Assembly: GCA_051294905.1 (NCBI GenBank)
Contig: CM119384.1
Location: forward strand, 4,588,001 to 4,652,000
Length of the DNA: 64,000 nucleotides
DNA from: Botryllus schlosseri
Taxonomy: Eukaryota
Reading direction: 5' to 3'
Shown here: piece by piece, positions 13,701 through 26,258 of the stretch
How positions within the stretch are numbered: position 1 is the first letter of the stretch
How the letters are laid out: each line of letters opens with the position of its first letter
The notes under the pieces: generated by a model
Told to the model about the DNA's origin: nothing
The model's input: the letters and a program-made list of their open reading frames with translations, nothing else
Databases searched by the model: none
Position numbers and translations under genes: made by a program

Positions 13701-16700
13701 CTCGACTCGACTCGAGTCAATATTTGGATTGACTCGACTTGTACTCGAGTCATTACGCATGACTCGACCCAAGTCATTGACTCGGCTTATTTTATATGAC
13801 TTGAAGATGAAGAAATTTGCGAATCATAATGGCTAGATCAACGCATCCGACCAATTCTGCCGACATCGCTATTTGTCACCACTGCTTTCGTTGCACTTGT
13901 CTGATATCAGATATGCCGCCGTAAAAACAACAGAAAATGATCATAGTAGCAATGCATTGTACAAAATCGTCCAGTAATGAAGAGGTAATAGATCCTCCGC
14001 AATTGAAGTACTCAAGACTTTTCAATTATACAAGCAAACAATTGAATCAAAGTTAAATTAGAGACAATGAAATGACTCAGATGGTGAAGAGACTGATAAG
14101 CTCATGTGTAGATTTGAAGGCGATAATTCTTTGCATTTTGGGCGACTAGAAAGAATGAGTATTCAATGCCCTTCAGTGTGGTTCAAAAATGATTGTTAAT
14201 TCCTGCATCTAGTGCACTAGTGGAACGTGTATTCAGTAGATGTGGATTCATTCTACGGCCATGCCGCTTTAACATATTTGAGGATCTCCTTTCCACATTA
14301 GTATTTTTGAGGTGTAACTCATTGATTTGATCTGCTGTCTGTGAAAACACAGAATGCCCCTCGTCCATTTGACGTTTTGTTAGGTATGTGCAATTGTGCA
14401 TTGTGCACGTGAGTAATAATGAATGGCTAATGTTGTGTGATGTTTGTACAATATGGCAGTTCTAAAATAACTTATTTTTTATTTTACTGGGTGGTTACAT
14501 GATAAAATTGTTATGTTGAAAGGAACACTGAATCTGGCTTAATTTGAAAAAAGTGGAATCAATGATCTGAGAGGAGAATATTTTGGATTTGAAAATAAAT
14601 GGAGTATTTTAGTGAGAAATTCTTTCATATAATATAATTACATAGTAGTAAGCCGACTATTTTTCATTTTCAAAACATTCTACTCTAATAACTTCACTTT
14701 TTCTAGTTGGAATTGAGTCAAATTTGCTATGAATCATATTTTCACACAATGTAACAATATCATGAGATAGCCGGTAAAATTCGAAAATCTGTATTTGTAA
14801 TTAGTCTAAAATTTTCTTTCATAGCATTGCTTTCGACTGGTTGGAATTGAGCCAAATTTGATTAATAGGCAATCTAGCAATTTTAAAAAGTAGCCGGAAA
14901 ATTTGGAAAAATGTTTTTGAACAGCCCCATTGTACGATTATTTCTCCAATGCTGTAACTGCGATGTAGTCGGTAATGCAATTGGGAAAACCTTTAGTATA
15001 ATCAAAAGGTATCTGTTCTGTTGTCACTGCACAATGCACATAGTTGCATGCACGCTTTTACAGCATGCTGGCCTGTTGTAACACCTCTACATAAACATGC
15101 ATCTATTGATTCTCTATCAACTAGTATCTTGACGTGAATTTGTTGGTTCTCTACCAGATAGTATGTAGACGTGAATTCGTTGGTTCTCTATCAGCTATTC
15201 GTGAGCTATCGTCGATGTGTTCATAATAAAAACGGAATGCTTGTATTGGTGATGTGTCACTGTGTCAGACTGACAAGAGAGATATTTGATTTTAAGTTCT
15301 AAGATTAGTAAAATTATCTTTAGCATCGGTAAATGAGGCCAGGACCTGTCCGTTATCTGCCAAAATAAACACGTGCCAAGACTCTGATAGGGACAAAATG
15401 AGCATGTTTCGCAAACAGGGAATTCGATATCACCCAAGCAGGATTGAAAACATGAGTTAAACATGACTTCAACACTGTGACTTGGACTCGACTCGAGTCA
15501 TAACACCATGACTCGGACGTGACCCTTTAAACGGTGACTTGGACTCGGACTCGAGTCTGTGATGAATTGAAAATGACTCGACTCGACTCGAGTCAAAACC
15601 ACAAAAGTATGATTGACTCGTGACTCGGAGCCATGTGACTTGGTTACAACCCTGAGTTTTAGGTAAGTTTGAGGATTTCCAAGGCAGTGTGCAATATGGA
15701 AATGGTGCCGTGAACTCGGAAAAATATCTACAGTGAGGTCTTTTCATCACCCCACACCACAACAGTTGCTTAAAACCTGACATATATGGCATTTTAGTAG
15801 GGTAAGTAAAATCGCTACTCACAAATTTTAGGGGAGTCCCCCATTTTCAGCCGATTTTCTTTCAGCTCAACATGCACACAGATGCCAGGAAGGAATTACA
15901 GAAAAAAATAGCTAGACTATGTTTTTAAGGCATAAGGCATGGGAAGCGGAATGAAAACATGACTTTTTGAAAGTAGGTCAATTCTGAGCAGCCCTAATGT
16001 ACACACGATTATGGATGGTGTGAACGCAAGGTTCGTGTTCTAGTTCTGTGTGTGACCCTCAGAAACTGGGAGGTTCGCGTTCGCAAACGAACCTTGGTGG
16101 ATTCTGCACTATGAACTTTTTTTTACATATTACAATTTTTGATGCCATAATAACATCTTTGGCTGAATTTCTTAATTCTATTTAAACTTCGGACCACTCT
16201 CTGCATGGCGCTGACAGGATGAAAAAATCATCAATAAACTTGCATACACTTTACACCTTACTTCAGCATTGTGGTATAATGTGGCCTGAGTCGTTGTTGG
16301 GTATCGTGTACAGTTGCACAATGTACACAGTGCTTTAATATATTACTTTACGGAAATGCAGGGATAGAATCAGCAATATGACATCACGTCACGTCATAGG
16401 TTGGTGTTCACTTTCGTGTTCACATATCACCTTTCAAAATGCTACGCGTTCAGAACCTTCAGGGGTTCGCACCATCCCAACCTTGCTACACAGTGGGCCA
16501 CATTATAAGTCGGCAGCAAAGATCCGACGAAAGGCTCATGGAACGGAGAGAGAGAGAGAATGATTCGTGAAAGAGTGACTGAAAAAAAAGGCGTTCTGAA
16601 TAATGCATCGAACTGTTGCAAATGTCATTGTCGTGAAGCATAATACCTCATAATGCTACCTCTACTCTGTAACCCGCGTTAACTCCTCATCTACCACAAT

Positions 16701-19700
16701 TCTGTAATCTGACTTCTTCAGTCTTCATGCATTGCGTAGGAATAACAATTTGACTGTATTACTGAAATTTTAAAAAATTACTCCAATCTCGTCATTTTCC
16801 TTTGGAGGCAGGGTGCTCCCTAGATAATGTGTGTATTCATCAGTTTTACTATGAATAAAGAATGTAAATAATAATAATGCTAATACCCGCTCCACATTAA
16901 AATGTTTTTCGCCAGACAATGTAGCCTACATTTAGACTCGCGTTTCGAGATAGTTTATATACATTTATTACAGTGATGTTTTGAATACCAAAATATACAA
17001 TTTATTTTTCATGCAGGTGACAAAGTACAGTACGTTTTTCGGACAGCTATGGTATCTATGCGTTTTTTTATTCCGACTTATCGTGGTGGTTACAATAGGA
17101 GACGGAGGTAAGATTTTAACTTCAGTGTCAATGCAATGTCCTCAAATAATATTAAACACCGTGCGTGAAGTATGGTCTCTAACACCCAACGTATAGTAAC
17201 AACCACAAGATATACTATTCCATGCATCATTGCATCACATAATATGGTATATGTCGAATCTAATTGAAAAATTATGTGCCAGTGTGCGGTATTGGAGGTC
17301 GCATTTAATTACAATGCTTTAATAACACATAACGTAAATTACAGCTCACGTGCACACTCTGCACAGTTATCTTCTCCGATAAGGTTTAGTACTCCCCGAA
17401 ATATTTATGGTCAAGAGTCATTCACTATCTACATCACTGGCTCACAGCTTTTTGGCGGTGGTGGCCGCCTTTTCGCTTTCGAAATATCCCGTGGCGTATA
17501 TCTTTCGAAATATGAAAGGTATCAATGTCAATTCCTGCAGTTGGTGATCATGGGAAGAGCAGAGTAGTATTCACGACATATCAGGAATGTTAGTTTTGCC
17601 CACTCCCATCGTACATTTGTGATTTCACGAAGAAAAGAGATTTTGCATAAGCCTTCTGCACAGCGCTCCACACCCTAGTATTTAATTACCGTCATACCTA
17701 TTGAATGATTCACATCGTTTAGTTACTCCATCTACATCTAGCTGCTCGATTCCTGTCGTAAGACGTATAAAAATCGATCTCACGCCTTTCCAGTGTACGG
17801 CGGAGAGCTCGGCGAATTCGAGTGCAGCACATCTGAGCCCGGGTGTACAAAGATGTGTTTCAATGAATTCATCAAAATATCGCATATTCGCTTCTGGTCG
17901 TTCCAGGTGAGGATGTAAAACAGGAATAGAACTTCACTATCACGTAAAAATATTCTTATTTTACCGTACATACATCGAAGAATATATTTTTCGTTATGGC
18001 ATTCCTATATGTAATACTTATATAATATTTATACCTGTTTGGCGACTGAAAGATCTAACCATATGAATAGTTAACGAATATAGTGAGTAGACCAGGAGTG
18101 ACTGTAAAACATACGGTAGACACTTTCATCCGATCGCGAAGCAATTCCGAAAAAAAACACTTTTAATATACAGAAAATTTATAACAAAAATTCAGATCTC
18201 CAGTAAGAAATATTTGCATCTAAATAGCCCGCCAGGACAGCAAATGTCGAAAACGTTCGTAGCCGACATTATACCGGCAACCGCGTTTCGTTTTCACTCT
18301 TGACTCCAAATTTTGAGAAGGCAAAAAACTGCACACTCGGATCAGAGTTTTTTCGAAAATGGACCAAAAATAAATATTCACAGAGACAAAATCGTCAATG
18401 GAAAACCGATGTATGTAAGTGATATGGAGAATATATTATTTGAATATATTTCGAATATCTGTGGCAGCAGCGCTGCATACGTCCGACTCCATTGAAATCC
18501 GAATAGCGATTGAAAAAATGAACAAATTTACCAATGTCCGCGTGAACAGTTAAATCTCCTGTATTCGCCACATCACATTATGAAGGACCAACAACGCATC
18601 ACGACTAAAACACTGAGAGCATGCAAATATGTCAACTTATATCGCCACTGTTTAGAACTTTATTAAATTGGCCAATCATCGTATTTTTACCAATTCTGCA
18701 GTTTGCGAATAAGTTGTTGCTAGAACAGAGTCTGGCTGTGGTCCGTATGGTACAATGCATATGTATACTACGTATAGGCTTGGGGATGAAGCATTCCAGC
18801 ATACTGTCCTATGCGGTGTGGACGCAGCGAGATTGAACGAACGTCTCACTGCATTTTGGTTACGACACACTTTCCATTTGACCGAAGGCAACTTTACGGC
18901 CATTTTTGACCGGCTTGCCGAGCGCTAAATTCGATAAAACGGGTTTCAATGGAAATCTGCTGCTGTACTGATTACGAAAATAATATTTTTATTCTGCTCA
19001 TGGTCCTGGAACCCCCCAAAATCAACCTTGCATACTGCCCGCGAACCAAGTTGAGTTTGGCACCCCTGGCGTAGAGCATATCTTCGGCAACGACTTATAT
19101 AACACATTATTGTATAGTAAGAACAATCTGTTATGTTAATGCATTTTGCGTTGGTATCGGTTGTCTCTCATTTGTCTAGGATTAGTGATAACCGGCAATC
19201 ATTATTTCCTCGTGTATCGTGCTTCGTATTTATAGCCTTGTTGTCTGTTGTCTACTGTCTTTCGTTTAACTGCACTCTGGATCGGGTCGCTTGTCCAAAA
19301 GTTATTCTGCTGATAATATACTAATTTTATATTGAAACATCGTCGTATGAGTTATTGTTCAAACAAGATCAAGAACATAACACAATCGTAATTAATTAAT
19401 CCACATTATTCTTTTTTCAGCTGCTCGCGGTCGCGACTCCAACTGTCCTTTTTCATTTCTACTCCCTCAGTGTTACTGGTAACATTCGGCTGGCCGAGGA
19501 GGAGAGAAAAGCAGCAGCCAAGAGAATGAATGATATGCAGTCCGTGTATACATCAGCAACTCCTCGTTCCAATGAGGTATATGCGTTGCTATACTGGATA
19601 AATGTCCAGGTCCACGCATACATGCGACAAAATATGATTTCGAGTCTGAACCGAATGCACCAGAGTGTGAGACGGCAATTTATACCGTATAGGAAACCAC

Positions 19701-22700
19701 GTTACCAACTACACACAGCCGGAATCAATGCTCCGAGAATCTAACGAATCGGAGAAATCTCTTTCGAAATCGGGAGGATTCCCGTCTCAAAGAAATTAAT
19801 AATGTGTCTGCTACATTTTGGCACCTATCCCTCCTATTGATCAGACTGCTATGGATTCTATCGTTAATGTCCCGTATATTGGCGCTTCCGAGAATACAGA
19901 TGGTCTCTACGTGTTTCGCAACAAGGGTGCTACGCTTCAAAGAGTGCTGCCTACACCAGTAATGAGTAGGACGATTGTTTTCTGACCTAAAAACGAATAA
20001 TGTTTGTTTTAAAATTTGAAAACCTTAACATTTTTTGACATTTAAAATTTTGACTAATGGAGAAAGCAAGAAATTAAATTATACGCCACATTGTATGAAA
20101 ACTCGAATTTTAGTACGGTCATTTATTGAAATTTTCAAAAGAACCACATGATTGCGACATACTGAAAATGGTTTGCACTGCCTGTCCTTAAGAAGTGGCT
20201 TGGCAAAAATAGATAAAGAATGATTAACAGTAGCAGTTGTTGGCTGCCAGGAAATACTCGCCCTAGTGATGAACATCATTCGGATTAGGACAGCATTCAG
20301 ACAGAATGTGGCAGTCGGATCTGATACGGATTCTATTTCAGATTTTTTTCTCGAAAAATTTAGGTTAGTTGTAGCATTTGACCGACAAGATGGCGTAATG
20401 GTGAAGCGCCCGGCTTCTTGATCGGTATAGGTCGTGGGTTCGATTCCCAGCCGGGTCAGACCACAGAACACTGGTAACACTATGGTATCCATGACCTCCA
20501 CCATCCGCTTATTACTATTGGAATCGCTCGTTGCCTTCGCCATTGGCAGTAATGTCATTATATCGTTACCCGATTTGAAGTCTTACTTTCTCGGAATGTA
20601 TATGCGATTCCTCTTCAGCATGGTCACATATGACATATTTTCAGGGCGAAGACGAAAATAAAGAGGCACGAAAACTAAAAAAACGAGAGAAGAAAATCGG
20701 TCACGTCAAGATCAAGAAAGTATTCACCGGATCCGAGTTGCAGGAGGTAAGGCCGTTGCTTGCGAGACTATTCCATTCAACCGATTGATCTAAATATCGA
20801 GCTCGCTTCATCTTGTCAGTGGCTGTTACTAGTCATGATATTTCGAAATTTTCATGTTTTTATACCTTATCCGTTAGGAATTAAATTTGTAAAGTTATGT
20901 AAACTTATGAATGCCCACCGCTCTCTCGCATATATATACATACAATCTATAGGCGTATATCACAGCATCTATGCATACTATGACTCCATATTTCGGACAT
21001 GGTCGTATATATGTAAAAGTCCTACCTATGTAGCGGACGATCCCCGATGTAGCGGTTGGACACGAATAAGGGGGAATATACAACACGATATATCACTATA
21101 CTATAACTGTAATAGGGGGCAGTATAGAGCACGGTTTCTACAGTATACAACATTAACCCTATCATCATGATTGTTGAATGTGGCGAGGTCCCAGCAGCAA
21201 TAACTATTACCCGAGGTCCCATTGCCTGAAACTGTGTTACCGAAAGCTTTTTACTTCAGGTTGCGTACACCAACAGTATTTATATCGCTTACGCTATCAA
21301 CGTGGTATTGCGTCTCGTCATAGAAGGCGTATTCATATTCTTGGGTTATCATCTTTTCAAGGTTATGGTGAGTATTACATTCGAAGAATATATTATTATG
21401 CTATAAGATGCAGAAATTTGATACCGATTATTATTAACGAAGGTGCTCAAATTATACATTGTTACTGATGATCATGATCACCTCTGTCGGTGATGTTTCT
21501 GACTGTATCAGACTGTGTCACTTAAACTGGCTACTCATCGAAATATCCACAACAAAATTACGTTCAAAGCGTAATTAATAATATATTTCATACGCAGGAC
21601 AGGTCCAGAGTCGACGAGATCACCCCTATCGATTTCCTACTGTTTCGAGTCCCAGCATTTTTCAAATGCGAAGGAACAAGTCATGCCGCCGAAAAGGCAT
21701 GCTCCCAAGCAATCAGTCTCGGTGGCGCGGTACCGTGTTGGGTTTCACGACCGTGGGTATGTCATACGCTCTACTGTGTTACATATTTAATATCCTTTCT
21801 TCGTCTTTATGATTTAGGCGACTATAGCAATCTATATTCTATGTTGTGCTATATTCAGGAAAAATCATTACTCATTGGATACATGAACATCCTGAGCGCG
21901 ATTTGCTTTCTCCTGAGCGGGTTTGAATTGATTTACCTCGCCGTGAAGGGATACCTCGGTTACATGAAGCAAGCTGGTAAAAGGTTGGTGTGCTTATTTG
22001 TATTTTCGTAACATGCTGACTTGTGTGCCGTTGTTATAATGGCCGTTTGCAATGTAGTTTGCTTAGGTTCACCTCAGGATCAAGATCTTGTAGTCCGTTC
22101 CTAATCAACAGTTCGAAAAATCGCGGGTTCTCCGAAAAAGCGGTCGCACCAAGTCATTCCGCGTGCCAGCAAAAAAACATTTCCAGTACCATGGCTGCGT
22201 GCCTGTAGAAGTGTAGATAGCAATGTTAGTACATAACAGAAGTACGCTTTCTCCATTCAGAGTAATACGACGAAGAGGCCGTGTAATTCAGGGAGGCTCC
22301 AGCAATGGGAGTCAATATTACCACACTAGTCGCCCTACTTTACCGAACTATTACTCTACAACGAATGCAGGGGAACCGGGTGAGTACATTATCAAACTCC
22401 AAGTGACCACATTTCAATTCATATCATGGTATAGGCTAGGGATGGTGTGAACGTGAGGTTCACGTTCGCGTTTTGTGTGTGAACCTCGGAAATTTAGAGG
22501 TTCACGTTCACAAACGAAACTTGCTTAGGTTCTGCAATGTGAACCTTTTTGTTTTATATATTGCAATTTATCACGTCATTATAACATCTTTGGTTGATAT
22601 TTATTGCATTTCAACTGCGGGCCACTCTATTCATGGCGCTGACAGCGTAAAAAATCAACACTAATCGAGCATACACCTTGACAATCTCAAATATTTTAGT

Positions 22701-25288
22701 TGCTTTGTTACAAAAGTTTGCTCGAAATCACCTGCTCTCAGTTTGTGAATATTTAGTGACTCTCCGCTGTGAGCTTGACCCGCAATGACACATAACATCA
22801 AGAGCGAAATACCCTACATGTAGCCAGAGAATGATGCTTATTTAAACAATCAATGGAATTGATTATTTTACCATTTGATTGCCCCAGTTGATACATTTGC
22901 CGACGCATAAGACGTCAATTTGTACTTCAGCATGTGGCATTATGTGGCTCGAGTCGTCGCTAGGTATCGTGTACATAAATAGAGGCTATCACTTCACTGA
23001 AATGTAGGGTTATAATTAGCAATGTGACGTCACGTGACGTCATGGGGTTCATGTTCGCATTCACACAGAACCTTTCAAAAAGGTTCGCGTTCACACGAAC
23101 CTGAACCTTTCAGAGGTTCACACCATCTCTAGTATAGGCCTAAACATATGTTTACGATTACTAATACACTAATCCGTCAGTCCTATATACGTTAATCGTA
23201 TAGAGATCCGACATAAAACGATTGATTCAACAAACTGCGCGATAGCCTGAATAATATGAATAAAGAATATGCACAGGACCGTTCCGTTGCCTATCCGGGT
23301 TACGTCCAATTCCTCATGTGGATATCGTGTAGGCCAGTGGCTCCCAACCTTTTTCGGCTCATCGCTCCCTTTTTAAGCTCCACACCGATCATCGCCCCCC
23401 CAAATATTGGGAACTAAAAAACAGCACTTCGGCAGCACCCCCCCCCGAAAAAACGTTGGTCTTTGGCCCCATAGCGTGATAAACCAAGCCCCAGACTCCC
23501 CTCAGCCAGTGGGCTTTTTGTCGCTAAATATAAGCTATACCCTATTTCATGTAGTGAGTCACCGTATCTCGCCTTGAAGCGCGAAGCGCGACAAATTCAT
23601 ATAATTCATGTTTGAATCGGTCAATATGGTCGATGTGGTATGTTGGAAAAGGTTGGACCCCTAAATAATAATTAATCATCTTCGGGCGGAATCGCTGTTA
23701 TATTGACTTCTTTACATGATGCTATTTAATTACCTCATATATCTGCTATGTCAGAAGATATAGATATCGTCAAAACGTACCAAACTAAAAGACGCACATG
23801 ATTTCATATTGGTATTTCTTTACTGGCAAATAATTTTTTCCTTACGGGATGGCATTTGTCCTATAGGGTTAAGGTCGCCAGGACAGGAACATTCGACGCC
23901 AGCCATCAGGGCGCCCATGAACAATTAAACATATATGTATACATATCGATGTTTTCAGTCAGCACAAGGGCATTCCTTTTTGGCCAAGGTCTTCTCGCTG
24001 CTGATCGTTCTGGCACACTTCTCGGAGGCGCATGTTACATGGCCTCTAACTTCATATGTCTTGGTGCGTCGTGGCGCAGTAATGGCCGACGCCGAAGTCT
24101 CCCATTTACATAAATCATGAGTATTTTTGTTGGGTGACGAGGACCCCAACATCAAGATACATGAAAATAGTAAATCGCGCCCAGCGCGAAAAATTCTTGA
24201 AAAAGTCCCATGAATTTCTAAAAAATTACTCTATCATTCATGTTAATTCACGAAATAATTTTGGGCTTCCTTCTATTTCGGGCCCCCCACCCCCTAATTG
24301 GGGGGTTTGGGGTGCGGTAGTTACGGTCCCGACTCCAATATAGCCGTTTTAACGCACCATCACCCCCCTATCGCCCCCTTTGTTGTTTTCGCCCCCTATC
24401 GCCCCTTCGTCCGTTTTCGCCCCCCTATCGCCTCCTTCGTTAGTTTCGCCCCCTAGACCGCCAAATCGCCCCCTGGGGGGAGATATCGCCCGCGTTGGGA
24501 ACCACCGGTGTAGACTATATGTTAACGAATAGTGTTTGCGTTACAAAAAAAATCCTCATAAAGCATGCAATGAGTTATATTCTGAATTAGATAGAAAAAC
24601 GACAAAAATCATCACGTTCATTTCATATCAAATCAGAGTTTATGCTCGTGAGCATGAGAAAAGCTAATAACTTTACACCAAGCCTGACTCGTGTCGCACT
24701 ATACAGTTCACCGTAAGCATGTTAGGAAATCCGAAGATTAGATAAGAAAGAGCATATCAATATTTCGCAAATTAGATTAGAATTATATTACCGGCATTTC
24801 GCTCCAATTAGTCTAATTAATTAATTAATTATACAACTGGAATTATTTAGTTATCCAAGTCTGTTCTCACGAGGCTGACTTTTGATTTATAGCATGCCAT
24901 TGGTACAGTCGCAACTCACGGTGATATCAATGGGCATACTGAACTCAGACTATCATTATGACATTGGGATTAAAAATTCTATCTGAGTCCTAAACGTCGG
25001 CGTCTCATTTCAGCGTACGGTTACGAAATCCACGGGGTACCGCAGAATGAACACATACCGATGGCTGTGATAAACGATGACGCGATGTCATCGGTTACGG
25101 GACACATACAGAGAGCGAACATCCCGCCAAGTGTGGCTGGGAGTCAAATGTATCCGTCTATTCCCGAAGACGGCGGAGATTTCAATAGAATGGGTCACGC
25201 AGAGTCCATGAGATACTTGGCGCCCCCTGTGCTCAGCAACGACATGAATATCAGGCCGCATGCACCAGGTTCACACTACGGCCCGTAA
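10781..25288 (+). CDS. Connexin B (gap junction protein), complete, 10 coding exons, 426 aa
   Basis: join(10781-10813,17017-17107,17794-17906,19421-19576,20645-20746,21260-21367,21598-21756,21859-21983,22261-22379,25014-25288) = 1281 nt, open to the stop. N-terminus [33 protein letters not shown]1 FECSTSEPGCTKMCFNEF (C-X6-C-X3-C), HIRFWSFQLLAVATPT, EL2 ending CWVSRPWEK, four TM segments. Confidence 0.93.
11180..11706. mobile_element. hAT MITE (TAGGGCTCTTC family) nested in the left arm of the foldback
   Basis: TAGGGCTCTTCGAAAATGAC...GTCATTTTTGAAGAGCCCTA; TSD GTGTGCAT/ATGTGCAT. The empty site is visible in the opposite arm near 15870. Confidence 0.9.
13595..15654 (+). mobile_element. Non-autonomous hAT element with GACTCGAGTC subterminal repeats and a transposase remnant
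   Basis: TIRs CAGGGTTGTAA...TTACAACCCTG; perfect TSD AGTTTTAG (13587-13594, 15655-15662); contains a remnant of the hAT dimerisation domain. Confidence 0.9.
14199..14330 (+). pseudogene. hAT transposase C-terminal dimerisation-domain fragment
   Basis: IPASSALVERVFSRCGFILRPCRFNIFEDLLSTLVFLRCNSLI* matches the hAT (I)P(A)SS..ERxFS.....LVFL.xN motif. No upstream catalytic ORF. Confidence 0.8.
16010..16480. mobile_element. Diverged copy of the TAGGGATGGTGTGAAC hAT MITE family
   Basis: Ends TATGGATGGTGTGAAC / GTTCGCACCATCCCA; internal similarity to 22437-23131. Confidence 0.7.
18800..19030. mobile_element. Diverged partial copy of the 1232-1826 MITE family
   Basis: Starts CATACTGTCCTATGCGGTGTGGAC and shares TTTGACCGGCTTGCCGAG and CTGATTACGAAAAT with the left arm of 1232-1826. 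Confidence 0.65.
20384..20500 (+). mobile_element. tRNA-derived SINE head of a second family
   Basis: A box TGGCGTAATGG and B box GGTTCGATTCC. The acceptor stem does not pair fully, so this is not an intact tRNA. The 3' boundary is uncertain. Confidence 0.55.
22437..23131. mobile_element. hAT MITE (TAGGGATGGTGTGAAC family)
   Basis: TAGGGATGGTGTGAAC...GTTCACACCATCTCTA; perfect TSD GTATAGGC (22429-22436, 23132-23139). Confidence 0.9.
23335..24507. mobile_element. Charlie/Buster-like hAT non-autonomous element
   Basis: CAGTGGCTCCCAACC...GCGTTGGGAACCACCG; TSD GTGTAGGC/GTGTAGAC; subterminal ATCGCCCCC repeats at about 24360-24490. Confidence 0.8.
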
Positions 25289-26026
25289 TAAGTCGGGAAA
25301 TTTTGGCCATGCTATACAAATTATCGCACTATTGATCATTGAAATAAGGCTCATTGCAACAAAATACTAAATCAATATCGACGAAAATATTCAAAATGCA
25401 TACATCTAATTTCCCGGATACCAGTACGAACGACAATAAATTGCTTCACAAGTGTTTACCCCCGAACATGTAATTCAGATGAAGCCCACGGGTGGAATGA
25501 TTGCTCATTTTACAGCAAGGTTATCATAGACAAAGACTCGATCATCTCATGTCGCTCTGACGCACGTATAGAATGGATGACCTATACAATATGAAAATTG
25601 TGTATATGAACTAGAAACACCAACCCTTTGGTTACACGTATCATGCGACTGTGACAAAATAAGTGCCTGCGTTTAGCATTACCCTTGTTTATTGTTAATT
25701 CGCGATCATCCGTGAAGCATAACTTGACAAGCTGGAGCTATACGCTAATTGTGCAATTTTCAATGTACATTGTACATCTATTCTGTGCCCTTTTTATAAG
25801 TTTTCCAGATATTCATGCTTTATATTTACTTTATTTGCAATTGCATACGTTGAGATTGCAGATAATGAAGCGATATACATTTAACTTTTCATTTTTACTG
25901 CGTGTGTAGTTCGAAGTGTTTGATTCCCGCTTCCGGGGTCTGGATCTAAAGGGGTAACACGGAATTTTCATTTGACCTACTCTTTGTCTAAGTTTCTGTC
26001 TCTTTGTCTTGTCTCTGCTAATCTAG

Positions 26027-26258
26027 AACAGTACGCATATGTGATGAATCATTGGTAGAACAGCGGCAATCACAAAGTACGAAAATTCCCAAAGAAAAGA
26101 CGAAGGAAATTATCGTCACCGATGAAAACCATCACCATTACAGACATTCGACGATTTCTAAGTTGAATGCAGGGCCTTATAGATCACCGCAATTAGATTC
26201 AAATCCGAAGTCTGGATCCTTTACGCAGTTGCTTGACAGACACTTGAAATCGCACTAG
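26027..26258 (+). CDS. Candidate alternative terminal exon of connexin B
   Basis: A long pyrimidine tract, a ctaat branch-like site and ctag at 26026 precede a 77-codon open frame in phase 2 (TVRICDESLVEQRQ...DRHLKSH*). Phase 2 matches the connexin B exon 8 donor at 21983. No transcript evidence. Confidence 0.45.

Larger units (their letters stand above)
11054..15996. mobile_element. Large foldback hAT-type element (about 2.3 kb originally) with two nested insertions, in the first coding intron of connexin B
   Basis: Termini TAGAGTTGTTCAGAATT / AATTCTGAGCAGCCCTA; perfect 8-bp TSD ATGTACAC (11046-11053, 15997-16004). Diverged inverted arms of about 1.0-1.1 kb each meet near 12692 and 12932. 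Confidence 0.85.

Noticed and set aside
20079-20558. 159-aa minus-strand ORF
   Set aside because: It overlaps a SINE head in a connexin B intron and has no recognisable motif.
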